DNA of 64,000 bases from Polyangiaceae bacterium (GCA_965222375.1 CBDCTZ010000016.1:2336001-2400000), one strand, 5' to 3'. Shown: positions 1-8,265, numbered from the stretch's first letter. Notes: a model not told the origin generated them from the letters alone. Made by a program: numbers and translations.

Positions 1-220
1 CCAAAACAAAAACAAAACAAATTTGAACTTACGAAGTTGACAGGACACTAACTTCGGCGTATCCCTAAGCACACGTCATGAACATGCATTACAACTATCA
101 AGCACTCGCCACGGGCATCTTGCCCGAGGGTCGAAGTGCATCTCCCGAGCAGCTAGCGCTGTTTGGAGATGATACGAGGTAGGCGGCAATCGTTGTTGCA
201 CCCACAGAAGGTGCAAACGA

Positions 221-249
221 GGCCGCCGGGAACTCCCAGCGGCCTTTTT
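221..249 (+). terminator. Rho-independent terminator-like hairpin
   Basis: GGCCGCCGGG-AACT-CCCAGCGGCC followed by T run. Confidence 0.5.
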
Positions 250-556
250 CAATTTCAGGGCTTTTTTCCTGAAAAAATGACCCAAAACCAAGACAAGACC
301 TAGAACCAATTCGACAAGAAAAAGATCCAATAAACCGGGTCGCCCGTACGTCAGAGATCGAAACGAACCATGAAACCATTTTCCGAAACACGAAGCCTTG
401 CATTGCGACATCCAAGTTCGCAGAAGGCCGAGCCTTGCCCCGCGCGCCCTTATGGCGGGTGGTGCAACGACGTCGGTAGTCTGCGGATAGCGATCCGCGA
501 CGCACAGGAGGAGATCACCTAGGGCGGCTCACGCGTAGAGCATTCGCTTCGCGATT

Positions 557-590
557 GGCCGCTTCGGTGAAAACCAGAGGCGGCCTTTTT
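557..590 (+). terminator. Rho-independent terminator-like hairpin
   Basis: GGCCGC...GCGGCC stem followed by TTTTT. Confidence 0.5.
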
Positions 591-695
591 GCATTTTGGC
601 ATTCCGCTGCGCGCAGCTGCGGAATCGAACAGGAGAGCTTTGTCCAATCAACGAACAATCGATCAACGAACAATCTCGAACCCCGACCCTCATCG

Positions 696-766
696 GGGGC
701 ATTAGCTCAACGGAAGAGCTACCGGCTTTTAACCGGTTGATCAGGGTTCGATCCCCTGGTGCCCCA
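696..766 (+). tRNA. tRNA-Lys(TTT)
   Basis: GGGGCAT/GTGCCCC acceptor, ACCGG-CTTTTAA-CCGGT anticodon arm, GGTTCGATCCC T arm. Confidence 0.92.
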
Positions 767-861
767 CCGCGATCTTCGGATTGCAAGACAACCTGCTTGT
801 TCGTCTTCGGGCGCGCAAGCAAGCCCATCCGGGCTCGGCGACTCGTTTCGCCTTGGTACTT

Positions 862-890
862 TGACAACTCATGCGACGAGAAGCGCCGCG
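862..890 (+). repeat. Motif B (TGACAACYCATGCGACGAGAAGCRCCGCG), inverted relative to the other copies
   Basis: Reverse complement of copies at 12194, 15499, 32056, 38432 and a degenerate copy at 53073. Confidence 0.8.
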
Positions 891-970
891 CGCGTGACAA
901 GGCGCGCGCGGTGACTTCTCCGATCTGTCCAGAACAGATCACGGGTGACTCACCACGGTCACCCACGCTT

Positions 971-1042
971 GCCCGCGTACGCATCTGGTGAAGCGACCGG
1001 ATTGTCGATCCGGCGAGGGGAGTTCGATCCTCCTCGCGGGCG
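971..1042 (+). tRNA. tRNA-Asp(GTC)
   Basis: GCCCGCG/CGCGGGC acceptor, CCGGA-TTGTCGA-TCCGG anticodon arm, GTTCGATC T loop. Confidence 0.85.
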
Positions 1043-1076
1043 CCGGGAACATGGTGTTCCCGTTAGAAAGGACAGT

Positions 1077-1859
1077 TTGTCCACCAAAAACCTGGCCCGC
1101 ACGGTGATTGAAGGCGGGCGGTACTACCACAATGCTTGGTTTAGGCGTTACAGCTCCCAAGTCGAACGGGTCCGAGTGCGTGAGCACCTGCGGGCGCTAT
1201 GCCGGGACCCCGACTCCTGGGGCAACCTCGCCCTGCCGCAGCGTGAACCTGTCCCCAAGTTCTTTCACGACAACTTGGCGCCAGCGTACCGCTTCCTTTC
1301 GTCTCGGGCGGGCATTCCCTGGAACGAGTCGTACTCTTTGCTGCGACGGCGTTTCGACGACCGCACGACCGCGGGGCGTCACATCCTCTTCGATCATCTG
1401 CTCGACAGTGTCGAGTACGCCGGTGAAGACCATCACCCAGATTGGGTAAGCCGCTGGGGGCGCTTCATCGTGAACGAAGAGGGCGTGCTGCAAAAGGTCA
1501 ACCGCCCCCGGCGGAAACGTCGGGGTGCGGCTCTCTCTCTGTCCTGCCGGAATGCAGGCATCGGTCTACGAAGCCGGTTGTCTTGGTTCGACTCCAAGCA
1601 GAGAGGCTACTCACGCGCCGCCACAATCTGGCTTGGCGCACTGCGGTCACGCATGACCGCGCTCAGACATTCTTCCCGTCTCCGGCCGACGAGGCCCTAC
1701 ACGCAACAACAGTGGTTCGAGTCCACCTTGGTTCATGGAGAACAATCGACTTCCAAATCGATCAAACGAAATGGCTTCTTCACTCGGACACGGGAATACC
1801 TTCTTGGGGTGAGGCGCTGGGACGCAGGTCCGGCCGTAAACCGGGCGCCTCGCGGCTAG
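1077..1859 (+). CDS. Hypothetical protein (MSTKNLARTVIEGGR...); protein-like part ends near 1525, frame reads on through RNA genes
   Basis: AGAAAGGA RBS before TTG at 1077; basic tail RPRRKRR; no stop before tRNA-Arg. Confidence 0.6.
   Translation: MSTKNLARTVIEGGRYYHNAWFRRYSSQVERVRVREHLRALCRDPDSWGNLALPQREPVPKFFHDNLAPAYRFLSSRAGIPWNESYSLLRRRFDDRTTAGRHILFDHLLDSVEYAGEDHHPDWVSRWGRFIVNEEGVLQKVNRPRRKRRGAALSLSCRNAGIGLRSRLSWFDSKQRGYSRAATIWLGALRSRMTALRHSSRLRPTRPYTQQQWFESTLVHGEQSTSKSIKRNGFFTRTREYLLGVRRWDAGPAVNRAPRG
1535..1606 (+). tRNA. tRNA-Arg(ACG), atypical D arm
   Basis: CTCTCTG/CAGAGAG acceptor, TCGGT-CTACGAA-GCCGG anticodon arm, CTTGG-TTCGACT-CCAAG T arm. Confidence 0.75.
1673..1796 (+). ncRNA. 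Y RNA-like RNA 1 with permuted tRNA-like domain (T arm, D arm, anticodon-like arm; no acceptor helix)
   Basis: Closing stem TTCCCGT..CCGG/TCGG..ACGGGAA; GTGG-TTCGAGT-CCAC, then GTTC-ATGGA-GAAC, then ATCGA-CTTCCAAA-TCGAT; paralog of 2547-2694. Confidence 0.75.
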
Positions 1860-1887
1860 GCAGGTTCGATTCCTGATCACCCCACCA
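1806..1887 (+). tRNA. tRNA-Tyr(GTA)
   Basis: GGGGTGA/TCACCCC-A-CCA, TCCGG-CCGTAAA-CCGGG anticodon arm, long variable arm, GGTTCGATTCC. Confidence 0.82.
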
Positions 1888-1963
1888 CCACACGCTCGCG
1901 GCATGGTGCCGCGGCGCTTTTTAGGAGCTGAGAAATGAAACAACCACGAAGGTAGGTGTCCCC

Positions 1964-2494
1964 ATGACTGCGCGAGTACTCGTTCTGACTCCCTGGTATG
2001 CGCCCCAGTGCATCGTTTCCTGGCAGGACGCGATCACGCTGCTCTACCTCGGCAAGGCGGACGCGGTAGTGGATTACGACGAAGAGGTTCGCTCGCCGTC
2101 GGTCACGATGCCGCTGCCGGCCGTGATTCGCCTTCAGAAGAAGGTGAAGGTTCGTAGCCGGGTCGTGAAGTTCTCGCGCATCAACGTCTATCTGCGTGAT
2201 GGTTTCACCTGTGCTTACTGCCAGCGCAAGCTGCCGGTAAGCCAGCTCACCTACGACCACGTGGTCCCGCGCTGCCGCGGTGGCCTGACGGTGTGGGAGA
2301 ACATCGTCACCGCCTGCTACGCGTGTAACGCGAGGAAGGCGGACAAGACCCTCAAAGAAGCGGGCATGCGGCCGCGTACGCCGCCCCGCCGTCCGACCAG
2401 TCTGCCGCTGCCGCCGCTGTTCTTCGACCCGAAGCGCGCGCCGCGCGAGTGGCACGACTTCTGCGCATCGCTGCCGCGCACGAGCGCAGCCTGA
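1964..2494 (+). CDS. HNH endonuclease (McrA-like, with Zn-binding CxxC pairs)
   Basis: RDGFTCAYC...TYDHVVPR.RGG...WENIVTACYACNARK. Confidence 0.93.
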   Translation: MTARVLVLTPWYAPQCIVSWQDAITLLYLGKADAVVDYDEEVRSPSVTMPLPAVIRLQKKVKVRSRVVKFSRINVYLRDGFTCAYCQRKLPVSQLTYDHVVPRCRGGLTVWENIVTACYACNARKADKTLKEAGMRPRTPPRRPTSLPLPPLFFDPKRAPREWHDFCASLPRTSAA

Positions 2495-2546
2495 GAACCC
2501 GCGGCTCACGACCCAGGTGGGCCGCGGGTGCCTCGCTAATACGATT

Positions 2547-2694
2547 TTCCCGTGCCCGGCCGAAAAGGCCCTACACGCAAAACAATGGCGGTTCGAATTC
2601 CGTTCAAATCAGCATTTTGATTTGTAGCCAAATGGTAAGGCATCAGTCTATGAAACTGACGAAAGTTAATGGCTTCCTCACTCGGGCACGGGAA
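2547..2694 (+). ncRNA. Y RNA-like RNA 2 with complete circularly permuted tRNA cloverleaf (anticodon loop CT-ATG-AA)
   Basis: Closing stem TTCCCGTGCCCG/CGGGCACGGGAA with GCCGAAAAG motif; T arm 2587-2604, loop-closed 7-bp acceptor 2605-2624, TA plus D arm 2625-2641, anticodon arm 2643-2659. Confidence 0.85.
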
Positions 2695-3049
2695 GCAACC
2701 TTTCGTAGTCCCCCACACCCGCCGATCTTCAGCAACCACCTTTCCAGCGGAAGGCGAGTGGGGCCGGGGCCCCACGAGGAGGGGGCCCGGCGTTGAGCAC
2801 CAAGTCCGTCTAGGGTGCTTGGGCTCTGAGTCTATCGCGTGCCGCGGAAACGGAAGCTTCCCCCGCGAGATTGGTTCCACCTCCGCTGAAAAGCGCCCCG
2901 CAACGACACAGCACGACCCGCGACGCCACAATGGGTTCGGCGCACCGAGCCCAAACATGACCGCGCATCAATAATCCCGCGTGTCCCAACTCGCCGACGC
3001 GCGGCCCTTGCCTCCCGCACTTTGTTCACCTCTAAACTGGAGTAGTCCC

Positions 3050-4819
3050 ATGACGAACACGCACCCGCTACCCGAATCTCAGATGGGTCCGGCGGAGAAG
3101 CTCCTCGACTTGGTGCTCTCCTCGTCCGCCCACCTGTGGCACAACCGTCCCGGCGTCGACGTCGGTGGCGTGTGGCATCCGCGACGTGGCGCGCGCAAGA
3201 ACCGCGAGCTGTTCGGTGGCACTCAGGTCCGCCCGGGCCTGTTCGTTCCGGCGGCAACGACTCTGTATTCGAAGCTGCTGGAAATCTACGAGCTCAACGT
3301 CGAGCTCTCGGCGCATTTCGCCAGCTATGCCCTGAAGGAAACCGATTGGCGCGACGTGAAGGTCGCTGCCGCAGCGTTGATGCTGGTGCAGCAGCGTTCG
3401 GGCCAGCCGGTGCATGATGATGATGGCAGCGTTGGCTTCTACGACGACGACTTTCGTCGCATTGGCGAAGCCATGCTGCTGTTCTACGAGAAGAAGTCGC
3501 AGCGCATGATGACGCCCAAGGGCGTGCTGCGAGTGGCTGAACTCCTGGAGACTCCGGAAATCGCCGAACTCAATCGCTTGGCGGGCTTCGGGGATCCCGC
3601 GGCCAAGAAGCCGCCGCTGGGTCGCTGGAAGAGCGCGGCGCAGAAGTGGCTCCGCGTGCGCGAGGCAAACCAGCCGATGCTGGAAGGGCTCGTCAGCGCC
3701 GGCTACAAGGAAACCATCAAGAAGATCGCTCGCAAGGCTGGCTACAAGCCCAGCAACCAGGTGTTCTTCGAGATCTTGGGCTGGAAGCAGAAGCAGGCTG
3801 AGGCAGGTCACCGCAGTGTGGGACTCGAGGGCCTCAACCTGCAGAAGCGCGAGCGCTTCGATGGTCTGAGTGAGGTCGAAATCTGCGAAGCCATCGACAC
3901 TCAGCGTCTCAAGTTCAAGGACGTCGTGGGTCGACTGCCCAAGGACATGGGTCTGACGCCGGCGATCATGGTTGCAGTGCTTCCGACCCTGTCGGATCGG
4001 GATCTGCGCATCATGACGCCCACCTTGGAGGAGCTGGGGCTGCTCGCAGCTCCGGAAGTGCGGGACCGTTGGGAGCAAGCCATTGCGGCTTCGACGGACC
4101 AGCGCGCTCTGAACATCGCCAAGAACGTTCGCGATCAGGGTGTGCGTGACAAGCTGGAAGAGGCGGCTGACGTCGCTGCCAAGAAGGCAGTGGAGGAAGC
4201 CACTCGCGAAGTGGACGTGCACGTCATGTTCCTCATCGACAAGTCCGGCAGCATGCAGGGCGCCATCGAGCAGTCCAAAGAGGCGCTGTCGCGCGTCTTG
4301 GCGGGCTTTCCCGCGGACAAGGTGCACATCGCCAGCTTCGACACCATGGGAACTGTGCTGCGCCCGAAGGCCGCGAGCCGAACGGCGGTGCAGCACATGC
4401 TCTCGAGCGTCGTGGCGGAAGGCGGTACGCTTCACTCGTCCGGGGTTCACGCCCTGCGCCGAGCTGGCGTGCGCATTCCTCCGGATGCCAAGCTGGTGGT
4501 CATCGTCGTCGGTGACGAAGCCGGCGAAAGCGGTCGGAGTTTCGCCCAGGGCTTCGAGCGCGCGGGTTACGATCCGAGCGCAATCGCCCTGATGGTCAAC
4601 GTGTCGGTGATGCGAGGCAACACCGTGCGGGAAGCCGCAAAGGAGATGGAGATCCCCTTCAGTGAGGTCTCCATCGAGCAGTTCGACGACCCGTATCAGG
4701 TTCCGCGAGTACTGCAGGCCCTGATGGAAGCACCGCTCTCCGCGCCGAAGAAGCAGTTCGGTTTGGTGGAGCGTGTCATGTCGACGCCGCTCTTGGAGCT
4801 GCCCGATGGACTATCGTAA
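3050..4819 (+). CDS. Helical N-terminal domain + C-terminal vWA domain protein; putative divergent Ro60/TROVE-like RNA-binding protein
   Basis: GGAG RBS before ATG 3050; MIDAS DKSGS, GGT and VVGDE motifs; ~400-aa helical, Lys/Arg-rich N-terminus; size, architecture and adjacent Y-like RNAs fit Ro60 (the TROVE call is inference). Confidence 0.75.
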   Translation: MTNTHPLPESQMGPAEKLLDLVLSSSAHLWHNRPGVDVGGVWHPRRGARKNRELFGGTQVRPGLFVPAATTLYSKLLEIYELNVELSAHFASYALKETDWRDVKVAAAALMLVQQRSGQPVHDDDGSVGFYDDDFRRIGEAMLLFYEKKSQRMMTPKGVLRVAELLETPEIAELNRLAGFGDPAAKKPPLGRWKSAAQKWLRVREANQPMLEGLVSAGYKETIKKIARKAGYKPSNQVFFEILGWKQKQAEAGHRSVGLEGLNLQKRERFDGLSEVEICEAIDTQRLKFKDVVGRLPKDMGLTPAIMVAVLPTLSDRDLRIMTPTLEELGLLAAPEVRDRWEQAIAASTDQRALNIAKNVRDQGVRDKLEEAADVAAKKAVEEATREVDVHVMFLIDKSGSMQGAIEQSKEALSRVLAGFPADKVHIASFDTMGTVLRPKAASRTAVQHMLSSVVAEGGTLHSSGVHALRRAGVRIPPDAKLVVIVVGDEAGESGRSFAQGFERAGYDPSAIALMVNVSVMRGNTVREAAKEMEIPFSEVSIEQFDDPYQVPRVLQALMEAPLSAPKKQFGLVERVMSTPLLELPDGLS

Positions 4820-5762
4820 GTTCCTGCAGAAGGAGTCTTCGTGTGTGCTGCCCTATTTCGGTGGCACGCGCGTAGACGACGCCTCCAGGCGCTTGCGAGT
4901 CAGTGTCGAGCAGCCCTCGGGTTGGTACCGCTTTGCCGTCAAAGGCAGAGTTGCCACCCCGGTGGAGCGGGCGGATCCCCCGGATCTGTCTCGGCTCGAC
5001 GCAACCAAGGGTCACTACGCCTACGGTTGGGTCTTTTCTGGAGGGCGCCAGCTCGGCCGAGTCGAGCTGGTGCCCGACGAAGAGCCGCCGCTGCTCTCGC
5101 CGATTACGACGCGCCGCTGGCACTCCGGCGACTTGGTTTTCGACAGCCTCGAATTCGAAACCGAAGCCGAGGATGCCGTGCGCCAAGCGCTGGAAGAAGA
5201 GCGGGGCATCGACGAGATCAAGGGCGTGGCTGCCTCGCTGCGCGCCGCCTTCGCATTTGCGCTGGCTGCGAAAGTCGGGCGGGGCCTCGAAATCCGCGTG
5301 TCGCCTCGGGAGATGTCCGGAGCGGTGCTGGAGCTCGCGCGTGGTGGCCGGGAGGTTGCCGTGAGATTGCTTCGAGATCTCGAAGAGCGCCGTCGTCTGG
5401 AACGCGTTCGCTTGGACGCCTGGGCGGCGGCGGAAGGGCGCGGTCCGTCGCCGCGCACTGGCTGGCGGCGTCCGACGGCTGCCGCGGACACCAGCTCGCC
5501 CGTGGACCGAGCAGCGCGTGCCCTCGACGCGGCGGGCGCCGACCTGGTTGGCTCCCGCTCCATGGGCAATGGGCTGCTCGAAGTGACCTATCGCTTCATG
5601 GGCGAACGCTTCATCAGCGTGGTCAATGAGCAATCCCTCCAGGTCGTTGACGCTGGGATCTGCCTCAGCGGTTCCGATCGGGAGGTGACCCTCGAGAGCT
5701 TGCCCTCAGTCATCCGCGAAGGCGTCGATACCGATCAACTGCACATCACGAGGCATGGATGA
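4806..5762 (+). CDS. Hypothetical protein, putative E2-like Ubl carrier (C-terminal DAGICLSG)
   Basis: Overlaps flanking genes; Cys motif resembles the E2 G-x-I-C-L active site; lies in an E1/JAB/Ubl operon. Confidence 0.55.
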   Translation: MDYRKFLQKESSCVLPYFGGTRVDDASRRLRVSVEQPSGWYRFAVKGRVATPVERADPPDLSRLDATKGHYAYGWVFSGGRQLGRVELVPDEEPPLLSPITTRRWHSGDLVFDSLEFETEAEDAVRQALEEERGIDEIKGVAASLRAAFAFALAAKVGRGLEIRVSPREMSGAVLELARGGREVAVRLLRDLEERRRLERVRLDAWAAAEGRGPSPRTGWRRPTAAADTSSPVDRAARALDAAGADLVGSRSMGNGLLEVTYRFMGERFISVVNEQSLQVVDAGICLSGSDREVTLESLPSVIREGVDTDQLHITRHG

Positions 5763-6193
5763 AACGCGAAGTCTTTTTCTTGATCGGAAAAGGCGGAGCG
5801 GTGCTCTTCTCCGATGCCTCCGAAAGCCCGAGTCAACTACCGGATTCGCGCAAGCGCTGGCAGATGATTTGGGATCATCGCGACGATCTCGAAGAGCTCA
5901 GTCACAGTCACCCTAATGGTCCCTTGGCCTTCTCCAAAGAAGACGAGACGACCATGCAGGCTCTGGAGACTGCGCTCGGAAAGGAGCTGCGCTTCTCCGT
6001 GGTCGCGCCCGCTGGCGTGATTGCAAAACAAGGGGGCGAGGTCACCCCAGTCGACCCCGAACCCTGGTGGGCCAATCTGATGCGCCTGGCCTCAGGCATG
6101 TCAGCTAATCCCGCACCCAAGGACAAACACCCAAGCTCGGACGCGAAATCAGATAATCCCGATGCACCCCCGGAAAGCTCGAGTCGGATGTGA
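5759..6193 (+). CDS. JAB/MPN (Mov34) metallopeptidase
   Basis: N-terminal E, HSHP...FSKED JAMM motif; ATGA overlap with upstream gene. Confidence 0.88.
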   Translation: MKREVFFLIGKGGAVLFSDASESPSQLPDSRKRWQMIWDHRDDLEELSHSHPNGPLAFSKEDETTMQALETALGKELRFSVVAPAGVIAKQGGEVTPVDPEPWWANLMRLASGMSANPAPKDKHPSSDAKSDNPDAPPESSSRM

Positions 6194-6319
6194 CGGTCTT
6201 GCGAGAACCGGACCGGAGCGTACTTTCGTACGTGAGGACCGGAAGCGCAGTGAAACCAAGCAGACGGCCGAGATCTCCGGGGGTCGCTTCAGGATGGATG
6301 GACCAGAAAGGAGGTTCTC

Positions 6320-6595
6320 ATGGCGATTTTGAACATCACTTACAACGGCTACAGCGCGGACTACCCGCGTGAGCTCGACGAGTACGTTTCGGACGCGGAC
6401 GTGCGTCGTATCGCGATCGAAGTCATCCGTACTGGCGGCCTGCGTGGTTTGCACATCGCGAACCTGCCGGACAACGCGTTCGACTACTACATGGTCGACC
6501 GCTTCAGTGGTCCGGGTAAGCGTCGTATCTACCTGCGTCCGAAGGTTCCCTTCGGTGCAGCCCGCTACGGCCTAGACCGTTGCGTGGAAGGCTGA
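6320..6595 (+). CDS. Small ubiquitin-like (beta-grasp) protein, probably a precursor
   Basis: AAGGAGG RBS; 91 aa; beta-beta-alpha pattern; IYLRPKVPFG followed by a 12-aa tail; lies between JAB and E1. Confidence 0.7.
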   Translation: MAILNITYNGYSADYPRELDEYVSDADVRRIAIEVIRTGGLRGLHIANLPDNAFDYYMVDRFSGPGKRRIYLRPKVPFGAARYGLDRCVEG

Positions 6596-6602
6596 GGGCC
6601 CC

Positions 6603-7175
6603 ATGCGCATCGTATTCTGCGGTGTGGGGGCCCTCGGTTCTCTAGCGGCGGTCAGTTGCCGCAACCTGGACGCCACGCTCTGCTTCGTGGACTTCGACCG
6701 CGTCGAATCCAAGAACCTGCTCTCGCAGGCCTTCGTGAAGCAGTCCGTGGGGAAGAACAAGGCTGATGCCCTCAAGCTTCAGCTCTTGAACTTCCACGGC
6801 ATCAAGAGTGAAGCCTTCGGCGTGCGCGTATCCGACGACAACGTCGCGACGTTGCTCGCCAAGGCCGATCTCACCGTCGACGCCTTCGATAACCAAAAGA
6901 GCCGCTTGCTGCTCAGCCAACACGCTCGTGAAAACGACAAACCCCTGGTCCACGCCGCCATCTCGGCGGATGGCACGTTCGGGCTAGTGCGCTGGGACGA
7001 GCACTTCGTGGCGGATGAAGAAGACGAAGAGGGTCAAGCCACCTGCGAGGGTGGCGAGCACCTGCCCTTGATCGCGTTGGTGAGCGCAACTCTCGCACGC
7101 GCGGTCCAGGACTTCGTCAAAAACGGCGACAAGCGCGGCTGCATGGTCAGTCTGAATGGCGTAACCGAAGCCTGA
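6603..7175 (+). CDS. ThiF/E1-like adenylyltransferase
   Basis: GVGALG, DFDRVESKNL..Q, DAFDN...R, candidate catalytic Cys in ATCE; no Zn CxxC motifs. Confidence 0.92.
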   Translation: MRIVFCGVGALGSLAAVSCRNLDATLCFVDFDRVESKNLLSQAFVKQSVGKNKADALKLQLLNFHGIKSEAFGVRVSDDNVATLLAKADLTVDAFDNQKSRLLLSQHARENDKPLVHAAISADGTFGLVRWDEHFVADEEDEEGQATCEGGEHLPLIALVSATLARAVQDFVKNGDKRGCMVSLNGVTEA

Positions 7176-7184
7176 GACGGCTTT

Positions 7185-7285
7185 CGTGTTGGCTCGTGGG
7201 GCCCCGGCCCCCATCTGTCGTGTTGGCTCGCGGGGCCCCGGCCCCCATCTGTCGTGTTGGCTCGCGGGGCCCCGGCCCCACTCGC
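7185..7285. repeat. About 3 tandem copies of a 34-bp GC-rich unit
   Basis: CGTGTTGGCTCGYGGGGCCCCGGCCCCCATCTGT; core also at ~8005-8025 and inverted at ~2754-2773. Confidence 0.85.
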
Positions 7286-7330
7286 TTCGGGACAGCGCGT
7301 GGATTTGCACGGGCGTGTCCCATCTATCTC

Positions 7331-7405
7331 CTGGGCGTAGCTTAGCCTGGCAAAAGCGCCGGTTTCGGGAACCGGAGACCGCAGGTTCGAATCCTGCTGC
7401 CCAGA
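7331..7405 (+). tRNA. tRNA-Pro(CGG)
   Basis: CTGGGCG/TGCCCAG acceptor, CCGGT-TTCGGGA-ACCGG, GGTTCGAATCC. Confidence 0.9.
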
Positions 7406-8006
7406 CCTGGATCACAGTTGACCCAACTGTTTCCCATGAGTGTCGGACCTGTGATCAGGATTCAGGCCTCAAGGGCCGAAGCGGTTCGGTTCTAGATCGT
7501 GATCGTCGGAGTGGGCCACGGTATTCGCCGCCGGCTCGAATCCTGCTGCCCAGACCTGGATCACAGTTGACCCAACTGTTTCCCATGAGTGTCGGACCTG
7601 TGATCAGGATTCAGGCCTCAAGGGCCGAAGCGGTTCGGTTCTAGATCGTGATCGTCGGAGTGGGCCACGGTATTCGCCGCCGGCTCGAATCCTGCTGCCC
7701 AGACCTGGATCACAGTTGACCCAACTGTTTCCCATGAGTGTCGGACCTGTGATCAGGATTCAGGCTTCAAGGGCCGAAGCGGTTCGGTTCTAGATCGTGA
7801 TCGTCGGAGTGGGCCACGGTATTCGCCGCCGGCTCGAATCCTGCTGCCCAGACCTGGATCACAGTTGACCCAACTGTTTCCCATGAGTGTCGGACCTGTG
7901 ATCAGGATTCAGGCCTCAAGGGCTGAAGCGGTTCGGTTCTAGATCGTGATCGTCGGAGTGGGCCACGGTATTCGCCGCCGGCTCGAATCCTGCTGCCCAG
8001 ACCTGG
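7387..8006 (+). repeat. Four 149-bp tandem repeats plus a partial unit, each beginning with the tRNA-Pro 3' end
   Basis: TCGAATCCTGCTGCCCAGACCTGG recurs at 7387, 7536, 7685, 7834, 7983; units nearly identical. Confidence 0.95.
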
Positions 8007-8083
8007 GGGCCCCGGCCCCACTCGCAGTTGGTGCATGCGCGCCGACGCGTGTTCACGTTGTGCCGACGCGTGTGCGCTGAACT

Positions 8084-8166
8084 GGAAGGTGAACTGGTCG
8101 AGGACCAGGACTGTTTCGAAAACAGATCGGACCGCAAGGTCTGGGGAGCGTGACCTCCACCTTCCT
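8084..8166 (+). tRNA. tRNA-Ser(CGA), aberrant T loop
   Basis: GGAAGGT/ACCTTCC, CTGT-TTCGAAA-ACAG, long variable arm with GCAA loop. Confidence 0.72.
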
Positions 8167-8172
8167 CCCTAT

Positions 8173-8247
8173 TGCACGGTAGCCAAGTGGAAAGGCACGC
8201 GGCTGTTAACCGCGGGACCGCAAGTTCGAATCTTGCCCGTGCAGCCA
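8173..8247 (+). tRNA. tRNA-Asn(GTT)
   Basis: TGCACGG/CCGTGCA-G-CCA, CGCGG-CTGTTAA-CCGCG. Confidence 0.9.
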
Positions 8248-8265
8248 GTGACGCAAGTCACATCT

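Noticed and set aside
78..182. 34-aa ORF containing QLALF (clamp-binding-like motif)
   Set aside because: Too short, no clear RBS and no upstream context; unsupported.
861..890. Sigma70 promoter from TTGACA at 861
   Set aside because: No -10 element at a suitable spacing; treated as part of motif B instead.
945..1076. N-terminal extension of ORF 945-1859
   Set aside because: It overlaps tRNA-Asp; the RBS supports TTG at 1077.
6225..6260. Hammerhead ribozyme
   Set aside because: GTGAGGA...GAAAC resembles the core but lacks CTGANGA and I could not build the three stems.
7387..8006. CRISPR array
   Set aside because: The would-be spacers are identical to one another, the repeat is a tRNA 3' end, and no cas genes are present.
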